NCBI GenBank assembly: GCA_951406725.2
Contig: OX597829.1
Span: 30,566,001-30,630,000 of the forward strand
Reading direction: 5' to 3'
DNA: 64,000 bases
Source: Octopus vulgaris
Taxonomy: Eukaryota
Shown: one piece after another, positions 11,779 to 25,672 of the stretch
How positions within the stretch are numbered: position 1 is the first letter of the stretch
Layout of the letters: each line of letters opens with the position of its first letter
The notes under the pieces: model-generated
The model's input: only the letters and a program-made list of their open reading frames with translations
The model's database searches: none
Told to the model about the DNA's origin: nothing
Program-made: the position numbers and the translations under genes

Positions 11779-12657
11779 ACATTATATCATGACTAACACA
11801 TTTAACTGTTTACAGTTCCGTCTACATGTAAGTTTGCTATGCATCTTAGTGTTACTTAATTTGCTGTTGAAGGTGAAAGCAACACTATGGAATTGACAAG
11901 TGGTACTGTGTTTTGTAAACGATTTGTGTCTTATCAAGGAAAAGATTTCTTACTCATCAGAAACTAGATAAAAACCATAAGATCCTCAAACACCTGTGAA
12001 ACTTCACCATTGAAACTAAACACTTTCTGAATCAAACTTCTGACAGCAATAACGACTGAGCGACTACTTCAACAACAACAAGTGCTGACTAAAGATCAAT
12101 AACACAGATCAGTGAAGGTAATTGTGCTTGCATGGCTGAAATAACTATGGTGGATTAAACAAACAAAGTATATGGTAAAACAGATGTTAAAGTGATAATA
12201 GTGATGACAGTATGATGATTTTGGAGTCAGTAATAATGATCATAACACTGGTGATGATGATGTCATCAATGATGATGGTGATGATGGTGGTGGTATTGAT
12301 TATAGTGGTAGTGGCGCGGTGGGGGGAGGATTATTAGAGTGGCAATGATGATGATGATGAATGAGATTAGTGAAATTAAAGCTGAGCTTTAAGCTAAGAT
12401 TGACATTTCTTTTCTGGCATCAGGTGGCCATATTACAATGGTCGAGTGGGGGTGGGGGTGAGTGTGGTAGTGGTGGTGGTGGTGGTGGTGGGTTTGGGGG
12501 TGTGGTAAATGATTTTCTAATAACATTACACTTTAACGACAAAAAAAAACCAAGAAATATGTAATTATATTTTGTATTTAACAAGAGCTGGATGTTAACT
12601 CACACAACAGTTTGTTAATTTATATGGAACAAGGAGATAAACAAATGTAAATAACAG

Positions 12658-12694
<37 letters not shown>

Positions 12695-12724
12695 GGATGG
12701 ATGGGAGAGCTATGTTATCATTAC

Positions 12725-12980
12725 CTTCTCTCTTTTACTTGTTTTCTCTCGTTAGGTTGTGGCCATGCTGGGGCACCAACCAGAAGAGTTTACTCGGTCA
12801 AATTGACACAAGAGCTTATTTTATTTTTTTGTTTAAAGTTTCGTACTTACCCTATCAATCTCTTTTGCCAAACTGCTAGATATCAGGGATGTAAACAAAC
12901 CAACATTTGTCATGTGGTGGTAGGGGACAAACGAATACATACACATACGTACACATATAGATGTATATATATATGTGAAT

Positions 12981-13020
<40 letters not shown>

Positions 13021-13215
13021 ATCCCACCTATTTATCAAAGGGAGCACTACCACTTTCACACACATGTATACACACTATAGAACTTCTGCCAACCAAATTC
13101 ACTCACAAGGCTTTGGTCGGCTTGAGGTTATTGTTGTAGATACTTACTCAAGGTGCCATACAGTAGGACTGAACCAGAAACCATGTGATTGGGAAGAAAA
13201 CTTTTTACCCAACTA
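12725..13215 (-). mobile_element. SINE family B, diverged copy
   Basis: GGCCATGCTGGGGCACC, AAATTCACTCACAAGGCTTTGGTCGG and an internal (TG)n tract. Confidence 0.7.
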
Positions 13216-13299
13216 GTTGACTTCAAATTTAAAAACCTTAAATAGAGAAGGTATTCTCTAGCTGACAGGTAACTTGGGTCTCTGAAAAGACACCAAAGC

Positions 13300-13900
13300 A
13301 ATGAGAATCTGGGGTGATTATCCCTATTTTTTAAAAGGGAAACAAGAGAGAGTGATCTAAGTACAGAGGAATCTCTTGTTGAACCTTCTTGGTAAGGCCT
13401 ATGCTAGGCACCTGGGGAAAAGATATAGGAGAATTGTTGAGTCCAAACTGAGTGGCTTCCATCCTTGATGCAACACAACTACCCTGTGCCTATCCTTACC
13501 AATGGCCATGAATATTGATTAATGACTGAAAAAGTATGATTACAAATACAAGTGACTGAAATAGGGTTCCTTTGAAGGACCACTGAAGTAATTTTACTCA
13601 ACAGGATGCATAGCTTAGAGATCAGGGAGTCTCTCCAAGTCAAGCCAATCCTTCTCTGCATTGAGAGGTCACAGCACCATAACTGCAGACATGTGATTAG
13701 AATGTTGCAAGAAAGAATTACAAAATAGATTCTTCAAGCGAAGCTAAGCAGAAGGAGATCTAAGGGTAGACCAAGAACAAGATAGTTGGATAATATCTAT
13801 ATTCTCGGTCGGTCACTCTTGAGGACCCAGCCAAAAAATATAATGATAGTTGCTTTTGATAGGACCCTATAGAGAAGATGTCCGAGAACTATATCCCCAT
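13300..13900 (+). pseudogene. Degenerate RTE-like LINE fragments
   Basis: Translation around 13715-13800 gives ...KLSRRRSKGRPRTR*LDNI, a GRPR motif typical of the RTE ORF C-terminus. Confidence 0.45.
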
Positions 13901-15699
13901 GACCCTCCCAGGAATGGGAGATGGAAAAGATTGGTGACTGTCTTAAATCTCTTCAGGTATGTCATAAATTTCTTCTGGCACATCATGAAAATAAGAGAAG
14001 GAAATAAACATTTCATTTTTGTATTATATGCCTGGAGAAATTTAAGACATTTCCAAAGGAATTTAAGTTCCCACTGTAATGTCAGAGTTAGTGGAAACTG
14101 TAATTTTTACTTCTTGATTTGGAAGATTTTAACATATGAAAAAATAATAATTTGGATAAGAAATGTAATTAGCAGATGGTGAAACTTGTCTATTTAATGC
14201 ATTCAAGTGTTTTAGTATTTCATGGCATCAGCTGAAAGTTATATCTGCAGGTAAGTAATTATGTACCTTGTGCGATGGTCACAGCATGGCAATTATATTA
14301 AACACTTAACAGACAGTTGATTAACATCAATGAACAATCAGCTTAATTAACATCAATGAACAAATAGCTAATTAACATTTCATCACACACAACTGTTGAT
14401 GTATGAATACATGTACGTTATACATGTATATATTTGTGTGTGTGTGAGTGAATGTGTGTGTATACATATATACATACACACACATGCACCTACACACATA
14501 CATGCACAAGGTGTTCATGCTAAATTTGACTCTTTTTTATGTCTTCTAATTTTAGGAACAGCTTGATGAATTTCAGGAACAGTGGATGGCTTTGGAGAGC
14601 ATAAAGATTAAAGCTGTAGCTGAGAAAAAGTTAGCCAACATGAAGAACCGAAAGCTATCTGAATATTGGAAAACAGTTACCTGTATCATAATAATTCATG
14701 CCAAGTGGCAAAATGCTACCTTATGACTGCTGCTCAATGCTCTATGAATACTGCGAAGCCTTTTAGGGATTCATCCCCACACACACCACCACTGCAAGAT
14801 ATTCAGTGAAGGATGAAGAAGCCACCACAGTTTCATGTGATTGATCTATAAATTGAACAATCAACATGAAGCTGTGGTGTGATCTGGCTTCTCAGATCCA
14901 GAATTTGTCCCTTTTTTTATCCTATGAAAACTGTTTGACAACCTAAAGAGTTTGCTATCAACCACATGGTTCTGAGTTCAACCTCACTCCATGGCAGCCA
15001 GTCATGTGTGTGTGTGTGTGTATGTTTGTCCCCCACCACTACTTGACAATTGGTGTTGGTGTGTTTACATCCCTATTCTGCAAAAGGCATCAGTAGAATA
15101 AGTACCATGCTTAAAAGAAAAAAGTACTGGAGTTGATTCATTCAACTAAAAATCCAAGGCAGTGTCCCAAAATGGTGGCAATGTCACTTACTTGGTGACC
15201 TCACCAGTGCTGTTGTCATATAAAAAGAAATCAGTATACTCAGACAGCCGGAGAGCCTGAAGGGTGAAACAAGCTCTACTGTTAAACCATCCAACCAATG
15301 CAGTGTGGAAAATGGACATTTTATATATATATATATATTCTTTTATTCTTTTATTTGTTTCAGTCATCTGACTGCGGCCATGCTGGAGCACCGCCTTTAG
15401 TCGAACAAATCAATCCCAGGATTTATTTTTTGTAAGCCTAGTACTTATTCTAATGGTATCTTTTGCCGAACCATTAAGTTACGGGGATGTAAACACACCA
15501 GCATCGGTTGTAAAGTGATGTTGGGTGTGCATGTGTGTGTATAGGTGCATGTGTGTGTGTAGGTGCATGTGTGTGTATGTATATATGTATACACACATTC
15601 ACTCACACACACACAAATATATACATGTATAACGTACATGTAATTAGCTATATATAATATTAAGGAGTATATATATAAAATGTAAGTGTACATGTTCAA

Positions 15700-16070
15700 C
15701 AGAGTGCCAGTGTTCTGATAGAAGATTGCACTAGTTTGGTTATTTGATGTGAATGGATGGTGATGGCTCCAATAAAGAAGTTCCAAACTTTCAAAGTTGA
15801 TGGAACATGTGGAAGTGGGAGACCCTGGAAGACAGGTGATGAAATACTGAAGAACAACTTCAAGAAGCTGAAGGTAAGATGACAAAGGACCAAGATACCT
15901 AGTGCTTGGCCATACTCAAAAAAACCTGTACCCCGCAGCAGAAGTGTTAAGACTGATCCTTCTGGTGGCATAAAGCACACATGGTGATGCCATGTAAAAG
16001 GACTCATGCAGCACCATGTAAAGGCTCTTGTGTGGTGCACATACAAGCACCCATACAGTGCCATGTAAAA
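15700..16070 (+). pseudogene. Degenerate RTE 3' end
   Basis: Homologous to 17741-18013 (...VDGTCGSGRPWKT); followed by GCCATGTAAAAG-like 3' UTR repeats. Confidence 0.55.
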
Positions 16071-16244
16071 GTATAATGTATATGGGTATGTATGTATGTC
16101 CTCTTCTCAACCAACAATCAGACCATTCTTATTTTGATGGCATGTTATGTTTGGAGAATTCTTCATTCTTGAGATGAAAGTGGAGACAGTTTCAACAAAT
16201 CAAGAATTGATATTTCATATCATTTAATATACCCTTATTCATCT

Positions 16245-16290
<46 letters not shown>

Positions 16291-16407
16291 TGTATTTCAG
16301 GGCGGTCAATTTTTTTTCTTTTTTACCAAGTAAACACACACACTATATGTTGTTTTTATTCACTCATTTATTACTGTTCTTATTTTATCATTTTAATTCA
16401 TGTCCAT

Positions 16408-16453
16408 TGTCTAGAAATTTTTCGTCACACATCTGTGACCTCTTCAGCGACAC
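16408..16453 (-). ncRNA. Minimal type-I hammerhead ribozyme candidate
   Basis: Minus strand reads GTGTCG CTGAAGA G GTCACA GATG TGTGAC GAAA AATT TC TAGACA; core intact, stem I imperfect. Confidence 0.6.
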
Positions 16454-16560
16454 TCTTCATTTTCGTTTGTGTTCTTGCTCCACTTACTCCATTCTGTTCT
16501 TCTAAGATGTGTATCCTTATGTGCACATGCATTTGAGTCCTTGTGTGTATGTATATGTGT

Positions 16561-16624
<64 letters not shown>

Positions 16625-17726
16625 CTTGTGTGTGTGTGTCATAGTTTTTAGCAGCAGTGTGTCCTTCCCCTCAGCCCCATCCTCTCACACCATTGTGCTG
16701 CTGCTGTCCTAAGACCCCCTCCACCAAAAAAAAGAAAATGGTACAGTTCCTGTATTCCTCTATGTATGTGTGTTCGCCCATGGTGTTGCCATCTTGGTAG
16801 TTGTTGTTATTGCAATCGTTAGCACTGCCACTGTTGATGATGTTGTTGATATTGTTATGGCTGTCCATGAAATCTCATTGTGTATATTTGTTTGTATGTA
16901 TAGGTTCACTTCGTATGTAGTATGTGTCCATGCTATATATATAGTTTTATTTATTTAATATATCTCTATGTCTTATATTTATCACAGGTATGTGGCAGAT
17001 ATATTTATATATTTATTTATTTATCTATTTATATACTTACAAACAATAAGTTAAGTAAACGAAGAAATTTTTTTGTTAAGTTTCTATTCATATTTATTAT
17101 GGAATTCTCCCTCTGACAAACAATAACTATAGAACACTTTTATTAGTTAGTTTTAGCAACTTTTTTATATCAATAACTTTAAATAAACAGAAGAGTTATA
17201 ATATATTGAAAATGTAATTATCATTATATCTTTTTATACGTTTTATTACAGTTTATAGATTAAGTAAGACCCTGATACTTAATTATATACATATATATTA
17301 ATGTTGTAAGTTATTATAGTAGCAAAAGATTGTCATAGATCTAAAGGAACTTGGATTGCTATTATTTGAGATATATAGAAATATATTTCAATAGTTGTAG
17401 ATTCTACTTACTTAATTATTTTGTCTGTTATAATTTTGTTATTTAATTTTTTATGTAATGATACGTAGTTGAATGGTTAACACTCCTGCTCATAATACAT
17501 AGGCATTTTTTTTACATTCCAGCAGTTCTTTCACAAGGAATTTCATCTATCTGTACATCACTGCCCTGATGTGACTTATATGTAAGGTAACTGAATTGTC
17601 TATATATCAAAAAATGTATATAAGTTGAAATAAATTGTTGGCTTTTTTGGTTGTTTAAATAATTGTTTATGTTATATTGTATTATATTCATAGTATATTA
17701 TGCTATATTATAATATAAATAAAGTA

Positions 17727-18615
17727 CCTCGAGAGAAAGGTTGGACTTAAGAAGCATCAGATGTGGTGTGGAAGAGAGGCGACTGCGTTGGTATGGTCAT
17801 GTGGCGAAAATGGATGTGGATAGCTGTGTGAAAAAGTGCCACACCCTAGCGGTTGAGGGAACCTGTGGAAGAGGTAGACCCAGGAAGACCTGGGATGAGG
17901 TGGTGAAGCATGACCTTCAAACATTGGGCCTCACTGAGGCAATGACTAGTGACCGGGACCTCTGGAAATATGCTGTGCTTGAGAAGACTCAGCAAGCGCA
18001 AGTGAGACAATAACCTTCTCGGCAGGCACAAGTGAGACCATAACCTTGTGGCCTATCTGCCAGGGGTGTAACCAGTCCACTTATGCATGCCTTTCCTTCA
18101 TTGGACACTAAACTCTGCTTGCGAAGACCAGTTGAGGCAAGTGAAATCAAAATCGAAATCAAACCCGATTCCGAAGACCTGTTGAGGCAAGTGAAATCAA
18201 AGTCGAAATCAAATTCGGTGACTGGCATCCATTGCTAGTGAAGCGCTAAGAGTACCATATGAGTGAGATCGTTGCCAGAGTAACAAGCTGGCCTTTGTGC
18301 CGATGGCATGTTAAAAGCACCATTCGAGTGTGATCCCTACCTGCAACATTCGAGAGATGTTATTGCTGTTGCCAGTGCCGCAACATAAAAAGCACCATTT
18401 GAGCATTGCCGTTGCCAGTACTACCTAACTAGCCCTCGTGCCGATGGCAAGTAAAAACACCCACTACACTCTCAGAGTGGTTGGTGTTAGTAAGGGCATC
18501 CAGCTGTAGAAACTCTGCCAGATCAGATTGGAGTCTGGTTCGCCAGACCTCAGTCAAATCATCCAACCCATGCTAGCATGGAAAGCAGATGTTAAATGAT
18601 GATGATGATGATGAT
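17727..18615 (+). mobile_element. 5'-truncated RTE-clade LINE (ORF C-terminus plus 3' UTR)
   Basis: ORF 17741-18013 RRLRWYGHVAKM...GRGRPRKTWDEVV...DRDLWK is a typical RTE C-terminus; the 3' UTR ends in (GAT)n. Confidence 0.9.
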
Positions 18616-19720
18616 GAAATTATTGGATTGTCAATTGTATCTCTCTATTTAATTTATTGTTTGTCATTTGCATTATACTCATATTTATGTGGTATATACC
18701 TAACATACCAATGAATTGGGTGTTTTACAAACCCCTTTGAAGGAATTTCTTTCCTTTGTTACCTTATTATATATTTATTTATTTATTTATTATTATTATT
18801 TTCCCATTTTTTTATATATCTATCTCTATTTCTCATAGGTATCACAGCTAAGTGCATATATGTCTACTGTGTGTGTATTATCCTGTATATTTCTTTGTAT
18901 TATTTATGGCTTTTTTCTTCCTTTTTTTCCTCTTACTTCTCATCCTAACTGTCTTTAGCCATGTGGTGTGGTGGTGGGTGTTACTGTTCTATTCGTGTTT
19001 TCTATTGAGGCTTGGCCTGTCTACTGTTATGTGTGTAGCTTCTGTGATCTGTCTAAGATTCATGTCAGTTCTATGTGTCAGTAGTACTTTAACCTCTATA
19101 CTATTAATCAAGCTTCTATGTTCTGCCTGAGCATGTTGGTAGAGCACTGATGAACTTTCCCTTCTTTGAGCTCTCACCAATGTTCACCTATATGCTCTCC
19201 TATGCTGCATGCAGTCTCTCCAGTGTAGGTAGTTGTCATGTTTCTGCACTGTCCCTTAGTACAAAGTAAGTTATACACTATATACCTAACCTTACAGTTA
19301 AGCTGTAGGTTCATCCTACATACAGCACAATTGTACTCCAAAAAGAGGGACCTATCAAAGGGATAGGTATTGCAAATCAGGGATTTTAAAGGGGCAACTA
19401 ACAACATCAGCAACAGCAGCAGTGCCAACGATGGCAATAACAACAACTACCACAATGGCAACATCATGAACAGAGGAATAGAGGAACTGTACCATTTCCT
19501 TTTTTTTTCGGGTCTTAGGGCAGCAGCAGTTTGATGGTGTGAGAGGATGGGGCTGAGGGGACGATCACACTGCTGCTAAAAACTATGACACACACACAAG
19601 CACACACACACACACACTCACTTACACACTCACAAGGACACAAACACATGTACACGTAAGGATACACATCTTAGAAGAACAGAATGGAGTAAGTGGAGCA
19701 AGAACATGCAAAAATGAAAA

Positions 19721-19767
19721 GTGTCGCTGAAAAGGCCACAGATGTGTGACGAAAGATTTCCGGACAA
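19721..19767 (+). ncRNA. Hammerhead ribozyme-like motif with mutated core
   Basis: GTGTCG CTGAAAA G GCCACA GATG TGTGAC GAAA GATT TC CGGACA; a G8>A change probably inactivates it. Confidence 0.45.
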
Positions 19768-19954
19768 TGGACATGAATTAAAATAATAAAATAAGAACAG
19801 TAATAAATGAGTGATTAAAAACAATCTATAGTGCATGTGTCTACTTGGCAAAAAAGAAAACAAAACTTATCATCCCAAAATACAACAATATCTGTTTCAA
19901 CACATGAGATTTCACATCAGGAATCTTGCAAAATCTTGCAAAATGAATTGATAA

Positions 19955-19957
19955 ATG

Positions 19958-20045
<88 letters not shown>

Positions 20046-20049
20046 TATA

Positions 20050-20080
<31 letters not shown>

Positions 20081-20089
20081 GTACATATA

Positions 20090-20128
<39 letters not shown>

Positions 20129-20170
20129 TTATCAATTATATATATATATATATATATACATACATTTATC

Positions 20171-20244
<74 letters not shown>

Positions 20245-20343
20245 ATATGTATATATAGATATAGATACACACACACATATATATATAAAGAGAGAGAGAT
20301 TAAGATATACATATAGATTTATATATATATAAATTTATGAGAT

Positions 20344-20377
<34 letters not shown>

Positions 20378-20405
20378 ATAGAGAGAGAGATAGATAGATA
20401 GATAC

Positions 20406-20460
<55 letters not shown>
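19955..20460. repeat. Compound (TA)n/(TG)n microsatellite with higher-order duplications
   Basis: Directly visible. Confidence 0.97.
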
Positions 20461-20464
<4 letters not shown>

Positions 20465-21458
20465 CATAATTGTGTTTGTGTTAACTGGATTATTTCCACA
20501 TGTCTAAAGGCTTCATACAGTTGATGCTAGTCAAGCAAGCTCAGTGATTATGAAATGTATTATACACACACACACACACAAGATAGGCGATGATGTACTG
20601 AATGACTTCCATAAAATATTGTCAGAGAACTAAAATGTATCTTATAGAACGATGAAAGGCAATAAAAACCATTCTAAACGTACATACACACATATGTGTT
20701 TGTGGTTGTGTGTTTGTGTGTGTATAGCATGTGTGCTTTTGGCATTTTCAGGATGAAAGTTGATTAAAAAAGGCAACAACAACAACAAAATGGTAAGCAA
20801 GTTTATATATTTAAGAGAAAAGCTCCTATCTTTCAAAGAAAAATAAAGCTAAAAGAAAAAACAGGAAAAATTGAAATCCCCCACCAACAAAACAAACTCC
20901 AGCTGTGAACTAATTCAAAATTCTGAATTAATAAAACAAAACATTTAGAAGCGATATGCAGTTTTATAATTATCAAACAATGAAAGCTTAAAGTATAACA
21001 AAAAAAAAAGGGCAAAGAGAACCAGAAAAATCTTCCAAAATAACAATATCAAGAATAACAGAAAACCCAAGATAATGACACTTTCAAAAATTGTCATACA
21101 GTGAAGAAAACTGCCATTTTGAAAATTTCCTTCATATATACATAGATGTGTGTGTATGTGCGTGTGTGTGTGCGTGTGTGTGTATGTGTGTGTGTGTGTG
21201 TATGTCCTTTAAGTTTACGGGGAAATATTTGAATATGCATATAAAAGCTTCTATTTTATTATGCTGGCTACAGCCTAATGATACCAACTGGTGGTATCAA
21301 TTTTTTAGGGTCACACTGAGTTGTGCTGATATAATGTAGAATAAATATAGTAATAATAATGATAATAATAATAATAATAATAATCCATGGATGGAATTTC
21401 TAAATATTTTAATATTTAGAAATTCCATTCTAGAATTATTATTGTTATTACTATACAC

Positions 21459-22376
21459 ATGTGGTCTGATCAATAAGTATTCAGACTGTTGCTATAGTAA
21501 TGAAGATAAAACATGGAGAGTGAAGCTGCTTGGTACAGATTGACCTTGAACTCTGCTGTGCATGTGCATTAAGTTTTAACATTCTGGCTCACTTCCACTG
21601 TTTACAACAATACTTGGAAGGAAGATGTGTAGCGTGTGATCGCCACATTGACCATGATAGAGAAAGTTGAGCAGAGAATCTGCATCAAATTTTGCCAAAA
21701 GCTTGGTGATACCTGCTCAGAGGCCTATGCAAGGTTTTCAAAAAGTTTTCACTATTCTCGACAGAATCAAGGAGATCTTGTGCAACTGAAACCCAAGTGT
21801 CTTTTTGGTCAGCTGAAAGCAGTTTAGGTACAAACTTGGTAAACATGTATTTCATACCCAAATCTTCAGTGATAATGGACTGAACTGAACTGTAATTAAT
21901 CTGCACATCCTCTGATAATTCACTGATAGTAATTCAATGATTTCCCCTCACAGCTGCACACACACTTGCAATGTTTTTCTCGGTTCCGCTGGTTGCAGGT
22001 CTCCCAGAACATTTGTCAATATCAACATTTTTTCGGCCATCTTGGTTACGTCTGAACCACTTGTACAGCGTGTAGCTCATACACCTATAATTGTGTGTAG
22101 CTCATACACTCCTCTTCATACACTTTCTGCTACTTTGTGCAGGTCTCTGAGCAGGTATCACCATGATAACTTTCTCGGTCATGGTCAATGCGATGAACAT
22201 ACACTACACACTTTCCTTCCAAGTATTGTTGTAAACAGTGGAAGTGAGCCATAAGGTTAAAACTTAGTGCACATGCACAGCAGAGTTCAAGGTCAATCTG
22301 TGCTAAGCAGCTTCACTCTGCATACTTTAGCTTTGTTCCTATGGCAACAGTCCGGATACTTATTGATCAAACCTCA
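21459..22376. mobile_element. Foldback mariner derivative made of two left ends
   Basis: Inverted arms over 200 bp (GGTCTGATCAATAAGTAT... / ...ATACTTATTGATCAAACCTCA-TA); both arms encode a mariner N-terminus (EQRICIKFCQKLG on +; SGRP...FVPKLLS...QDLLD on -). Confidence 0.85.
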
Positions 22377-22421
22377 TACACATGCACACACACACACATG
22401 TATATATTAGTGGAACCTTAA

Positions 22422-22653
22422 AAGGCGGCTAGCTGGCAGAAACGTTAGCACACCAGGCGAAATGCTTTGCGGTATTTCGTCTGCCGTTACGTTCTGAGTT
22501 CAAATTCCGCCGACGTCGACTTTGCCTTTCATCCTTTTGGGGACGATTAAATAAAGTACCAATTTCGCACTGGGGTCGATATAATCGACTTAATCTGTTT
22601 GTCTGTCCTTGTTTGTCCCCTCTATGTTTAGCCCCTTGTGGGCAGTAAAGAAA
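22422..22653 (+). mobile_element. SINE family A
   Basis: Full copy with a perfect 18-bp TSD TATATTAGTGGAACCTTA (22403-22420 and 22654-22671). Confidence 0.9.
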
Positions 22654-22749
22654 TATATTAGTGGAACCTTAGTTTATGAATTTGATTCATTCCTGAAGGC
22701 TGTTCAAGACCTGAAATCTTTTCAAAACCAAAACTATTTTTCCCTTGGC

Positions 22750-22910
22750 ATAGGAGTGTCTGTGTGGTAAGTAGCTTGCTTACCAACCACATGGTTCTGG
22801 GTTCAGTCCCACTGTGTGGCATCTTGGGCAAGTGTCTTCTACTATAGCCTTGGGCCGACCAAATATTGCGAGTGGATTTGGTAGATAGAAACTGAAAGAA
22901 GCCCGTCGTA

Positions 22911-22987
<77 letters not shown>

Positions 22988-23215
22988 TTGTGTATATGTT
23001 TGTGTTTCTGTATTTGTCCCCCCAACATCGCTTGACAACTGATGCTGGTGTGTTTACGTCCCCGTAACTTAGTGGTTCGGCAAAAGAGACTGATAGAATA
23101 AGTACTAGGCTTACAAAGAATAAGTCCTGGGGTTGATTTGCTCGACCAAAGGCAGTGCTCCAGCATGGCCACAGTCAAATGACTGAAACAAGTAAAAGAG
23201 AAAGAGAAAGAGAGA
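22750..23215 (+). mobile_element. SINE family B, full length
   Basis: tRNA-like head (GTGTGGTAAG...GGTTCAGTCCC), TTGGGCAAGT core, internal (TA)n, AAGTAAAAGAG tail. Confidence 0.88.
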
Positions 23216-23765
23216 ATGGGAAATTCAAGAGAAGACAGTGAATTCAACAGGGATGTGCTCTTAGCTTAAAGCTAGACTGCAACTGACACTCACTTGCTTA
23301 TATTTCCAGCTTGTTGCCAACCAGAGTTGCTGATTTGAGTATTTATTACTTGAGGCACCTTCATCACCAAAGAACAGTTCATGTTCGAAAAATTGTTTGT
23401 GAACTGATTTGTTCATGATGATAGGCATTTGTAAACAGAGGTGGTTCCATTGTATATATATATATATCATCTTCATCATCATCATCATTTAACATCCGTT
23501 TTCCATGCTAGCATGTGTGTGTGTGATTCCATTGGTCTCTTTTGCCAATTCACTAAATTACAGGTAGATAAACACACCAACACTGGTTATCAAGTAGTGG
23601 TGGAGAGACAGACACTGATACAAAAAGCGCTAGGCTTAAAAAATAAGTCCTGGATTCGATTTGTTCAACTAAAATCCTGTAAAGCGATGTGCTCCAGTAT
23701 GGCCAGAGTCAAAATGACCGAAACAAGCAAAAGAATAAAAGATAGAATATATATATAAATATGAG

Positions 23766-24140
23766 ACCTATTGAGTCAAGTACATCAACATCAAATAAAA
23801 ATCAAATGGAAATTGTAGTTGTGATACCTGTGCCGGTGGCACGGAAAAAGCACCATCCGAACGTGGTTGATGCCAGCACCACCTTGACTGGCTTCCATGC
23901 TGGTGGCACATAAAAAAAAGCACCAACAAATTGTGGCCGTTGCCAGCCTCGCCTGGCACCTGTGCCGGTGGCATGTAGAAAGCACCCACTACACTCACAG
24001 AGTGGTTGGTGTTAGGAAGGGCAACCAGCTGTAGAAACACTGCCAGATCAGACTGGAGCCTGGTGCAGCCTCCTGGCTTCCCAGACTCCGGTTGAACCAT
24101 CCAACCCATGCTAGCATGGAAAACGATGATGATGATGATA
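23766..24140 (+). mobile_element. RTE 3' UTR fragment
   Basis: Shared with 18180-18615 and 10486-10678; ends in (GAT)n. Confidence 0.8.
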
Positions 24141-24219
24141 TATATATATACATATATATAAGCATATATATACATATATATATACATACATATTCATACA
24201 TATGTATATATACACACAT

Positions 24220-24295
<76 letters not shown>

Positions 24296-24349
24296 ATTTA
24301 GGGATGGTCATGTTACCACTTTAGCCAATGAAAACACATGCACTATATA

Positions 24350-25619
24350 CGAGGGGCGTTCAATAAGTAATGCCCCTGACCCACTTGCAGTTGTTTGATC
24401 TAGCTGAAATTTTGCATGTGCACTTATTTATACCACTATAGATTAAGTGGCGAATTACAGCTCTGAACTAATTGTGGTTTCTGCTTTACAGGTGTTTGAA
24501 CTGAGTCAAGTGTGAAATGGAGCCTGTTGAGTGTCGAGCAGTGATCTGGTTTTTGTATTTGAAAGGACGCACACCACGGGAGACTTTTGATGAAATGAAA
24601 GTAACTTATGGTGATGATGCCCCATCATATGACCTTGTAAAACGCTGGCATTGTGAATTCAAACATAGTCGGAACTCTGTGGAAACAGCTCCCAGATCTG
24701 GTCGCCCCCTTCTGCCGTTGATGAGACGTCTGTCCGTCAAGTTGAGGCTGCCATTTTGGAAGGTCAACGCATAACTATTCGCCAAATAGCCCATAAGGTC
24801 AAGATTAGTACCGGGTCTGTGGAAACTATCATTCATGACCATTTGCATATGCAAAAGGTGTCTGCCAGATGGATTTCCAGGTTGCTCACACCTTTCCAGA
24901 AGCAAGAACGCGTTGAGTGCTCGAGGATGAATTTGGAGATGTGCCAAGAAGATGAGTCAAAATTTTTCAAAAGACTGATCACACAGGATAAAACCTGGGT
25001 CCATCACTATGATCCATAGACCAAAGCCCAGTCAATGCAGTGAAAGCACTGTGACTCACCTCCTCCAAAGAAGGCAAGGGTGCAGCCCTCCGCTGACAAG
25101 GTTATGCTCACAGTCTTCTGGGACCGGGACAGAGTAGTGATGACAGATTTCCTGGCAAAGGGTACCACAATTACAGGAGCCTATTATGCTTCACTTTTGA
25201 GCAAATTAAGAGAAGCTATCAAAATCAAGAGGCGGGGCAAGATCAGCAAAGGCATCCTCCTCCTGCAGGACAACGCTCCGGTCCACAACTCGCGTGTCGC
25301 CAGATCAGAAGCACAGGTGTGCAGCTATGAACTCCTCCCCTTGCACCCTCTGATTTTCACCTCTTCCCAGCCATGAAGTTGATTTTGAAAGGAAAGCGTT
25401 TCCCAGATGATGCAGCCTTGATTTCTGAAGTCGCGTCATGGTTGGAGGACCAAGCTGGGGTCTTCTACAAAAACGGTCTCCAGAGCTGTATCAAACGATG
25501 GGAGAAATGCATAACTCTGGGTAGTTCCTATGTAGGAAAAGACTAATAACTGTGCCAAGTGTTGTTGCTCTACTGCTATGGGAAGTGGGTCAGGGGCATT
25601 ACTTATTGAACGCCCCTCA
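24350..25619 (+). mobile_element. Mariner transposon, near full length (~1.27 kb)
   Basis: ~37-bp TIRs CGAGGGGCGTTCAATAAGTAATGCCCCTGACCCACTT, TA TSD. Confidence 0.96.
24517..25546 (+). pseudogene. Mariner DD34D-type transposase, disrupted
   Basis: HTH (PRSGRP), ITQDKTWVHHYDP, LLQDNAPVH and LAPSDFHLFP across ORFs 24517, 24756 and 25080; frameshifts, stops and loss of HPPYSPD. Confidence 0.92.
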
Positions 25620-25672
25620 TATTTGGTGTTCACTTGCTTCAGCTTTATTTTATTTTATATTAATTGTATTTT

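Larger units (their letters stand above)
16285..19950. mobile_element. Foldback Penelope-like element with ~550-bp inverted arms
   Basis: 16285-16860 is the reverse complement of about 19400-19890; each arm has a hammerhead-like motif; the right end has an extra tail; (TA)n on both flanks. Confidence 0.75.

Noticed and set aside
11950-12090. Possible minus-strand exon with good splice signals
   Set aside because: All three frames contain stops; at most a non-coding exon, with no support from sequence alone.
19147-19175. CTGATGA as a hammerhead core (also near 5390, 47467, 56282 and 59578)
   Set aside because: No stem II followed by GAAA.
19831-20332. Poly-YI ORFs, and similar CV/HT/MYVC ORFs throughout the window
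   Set aside because: Translations of (TA)n, (TG)n and (TATG)n repeats.
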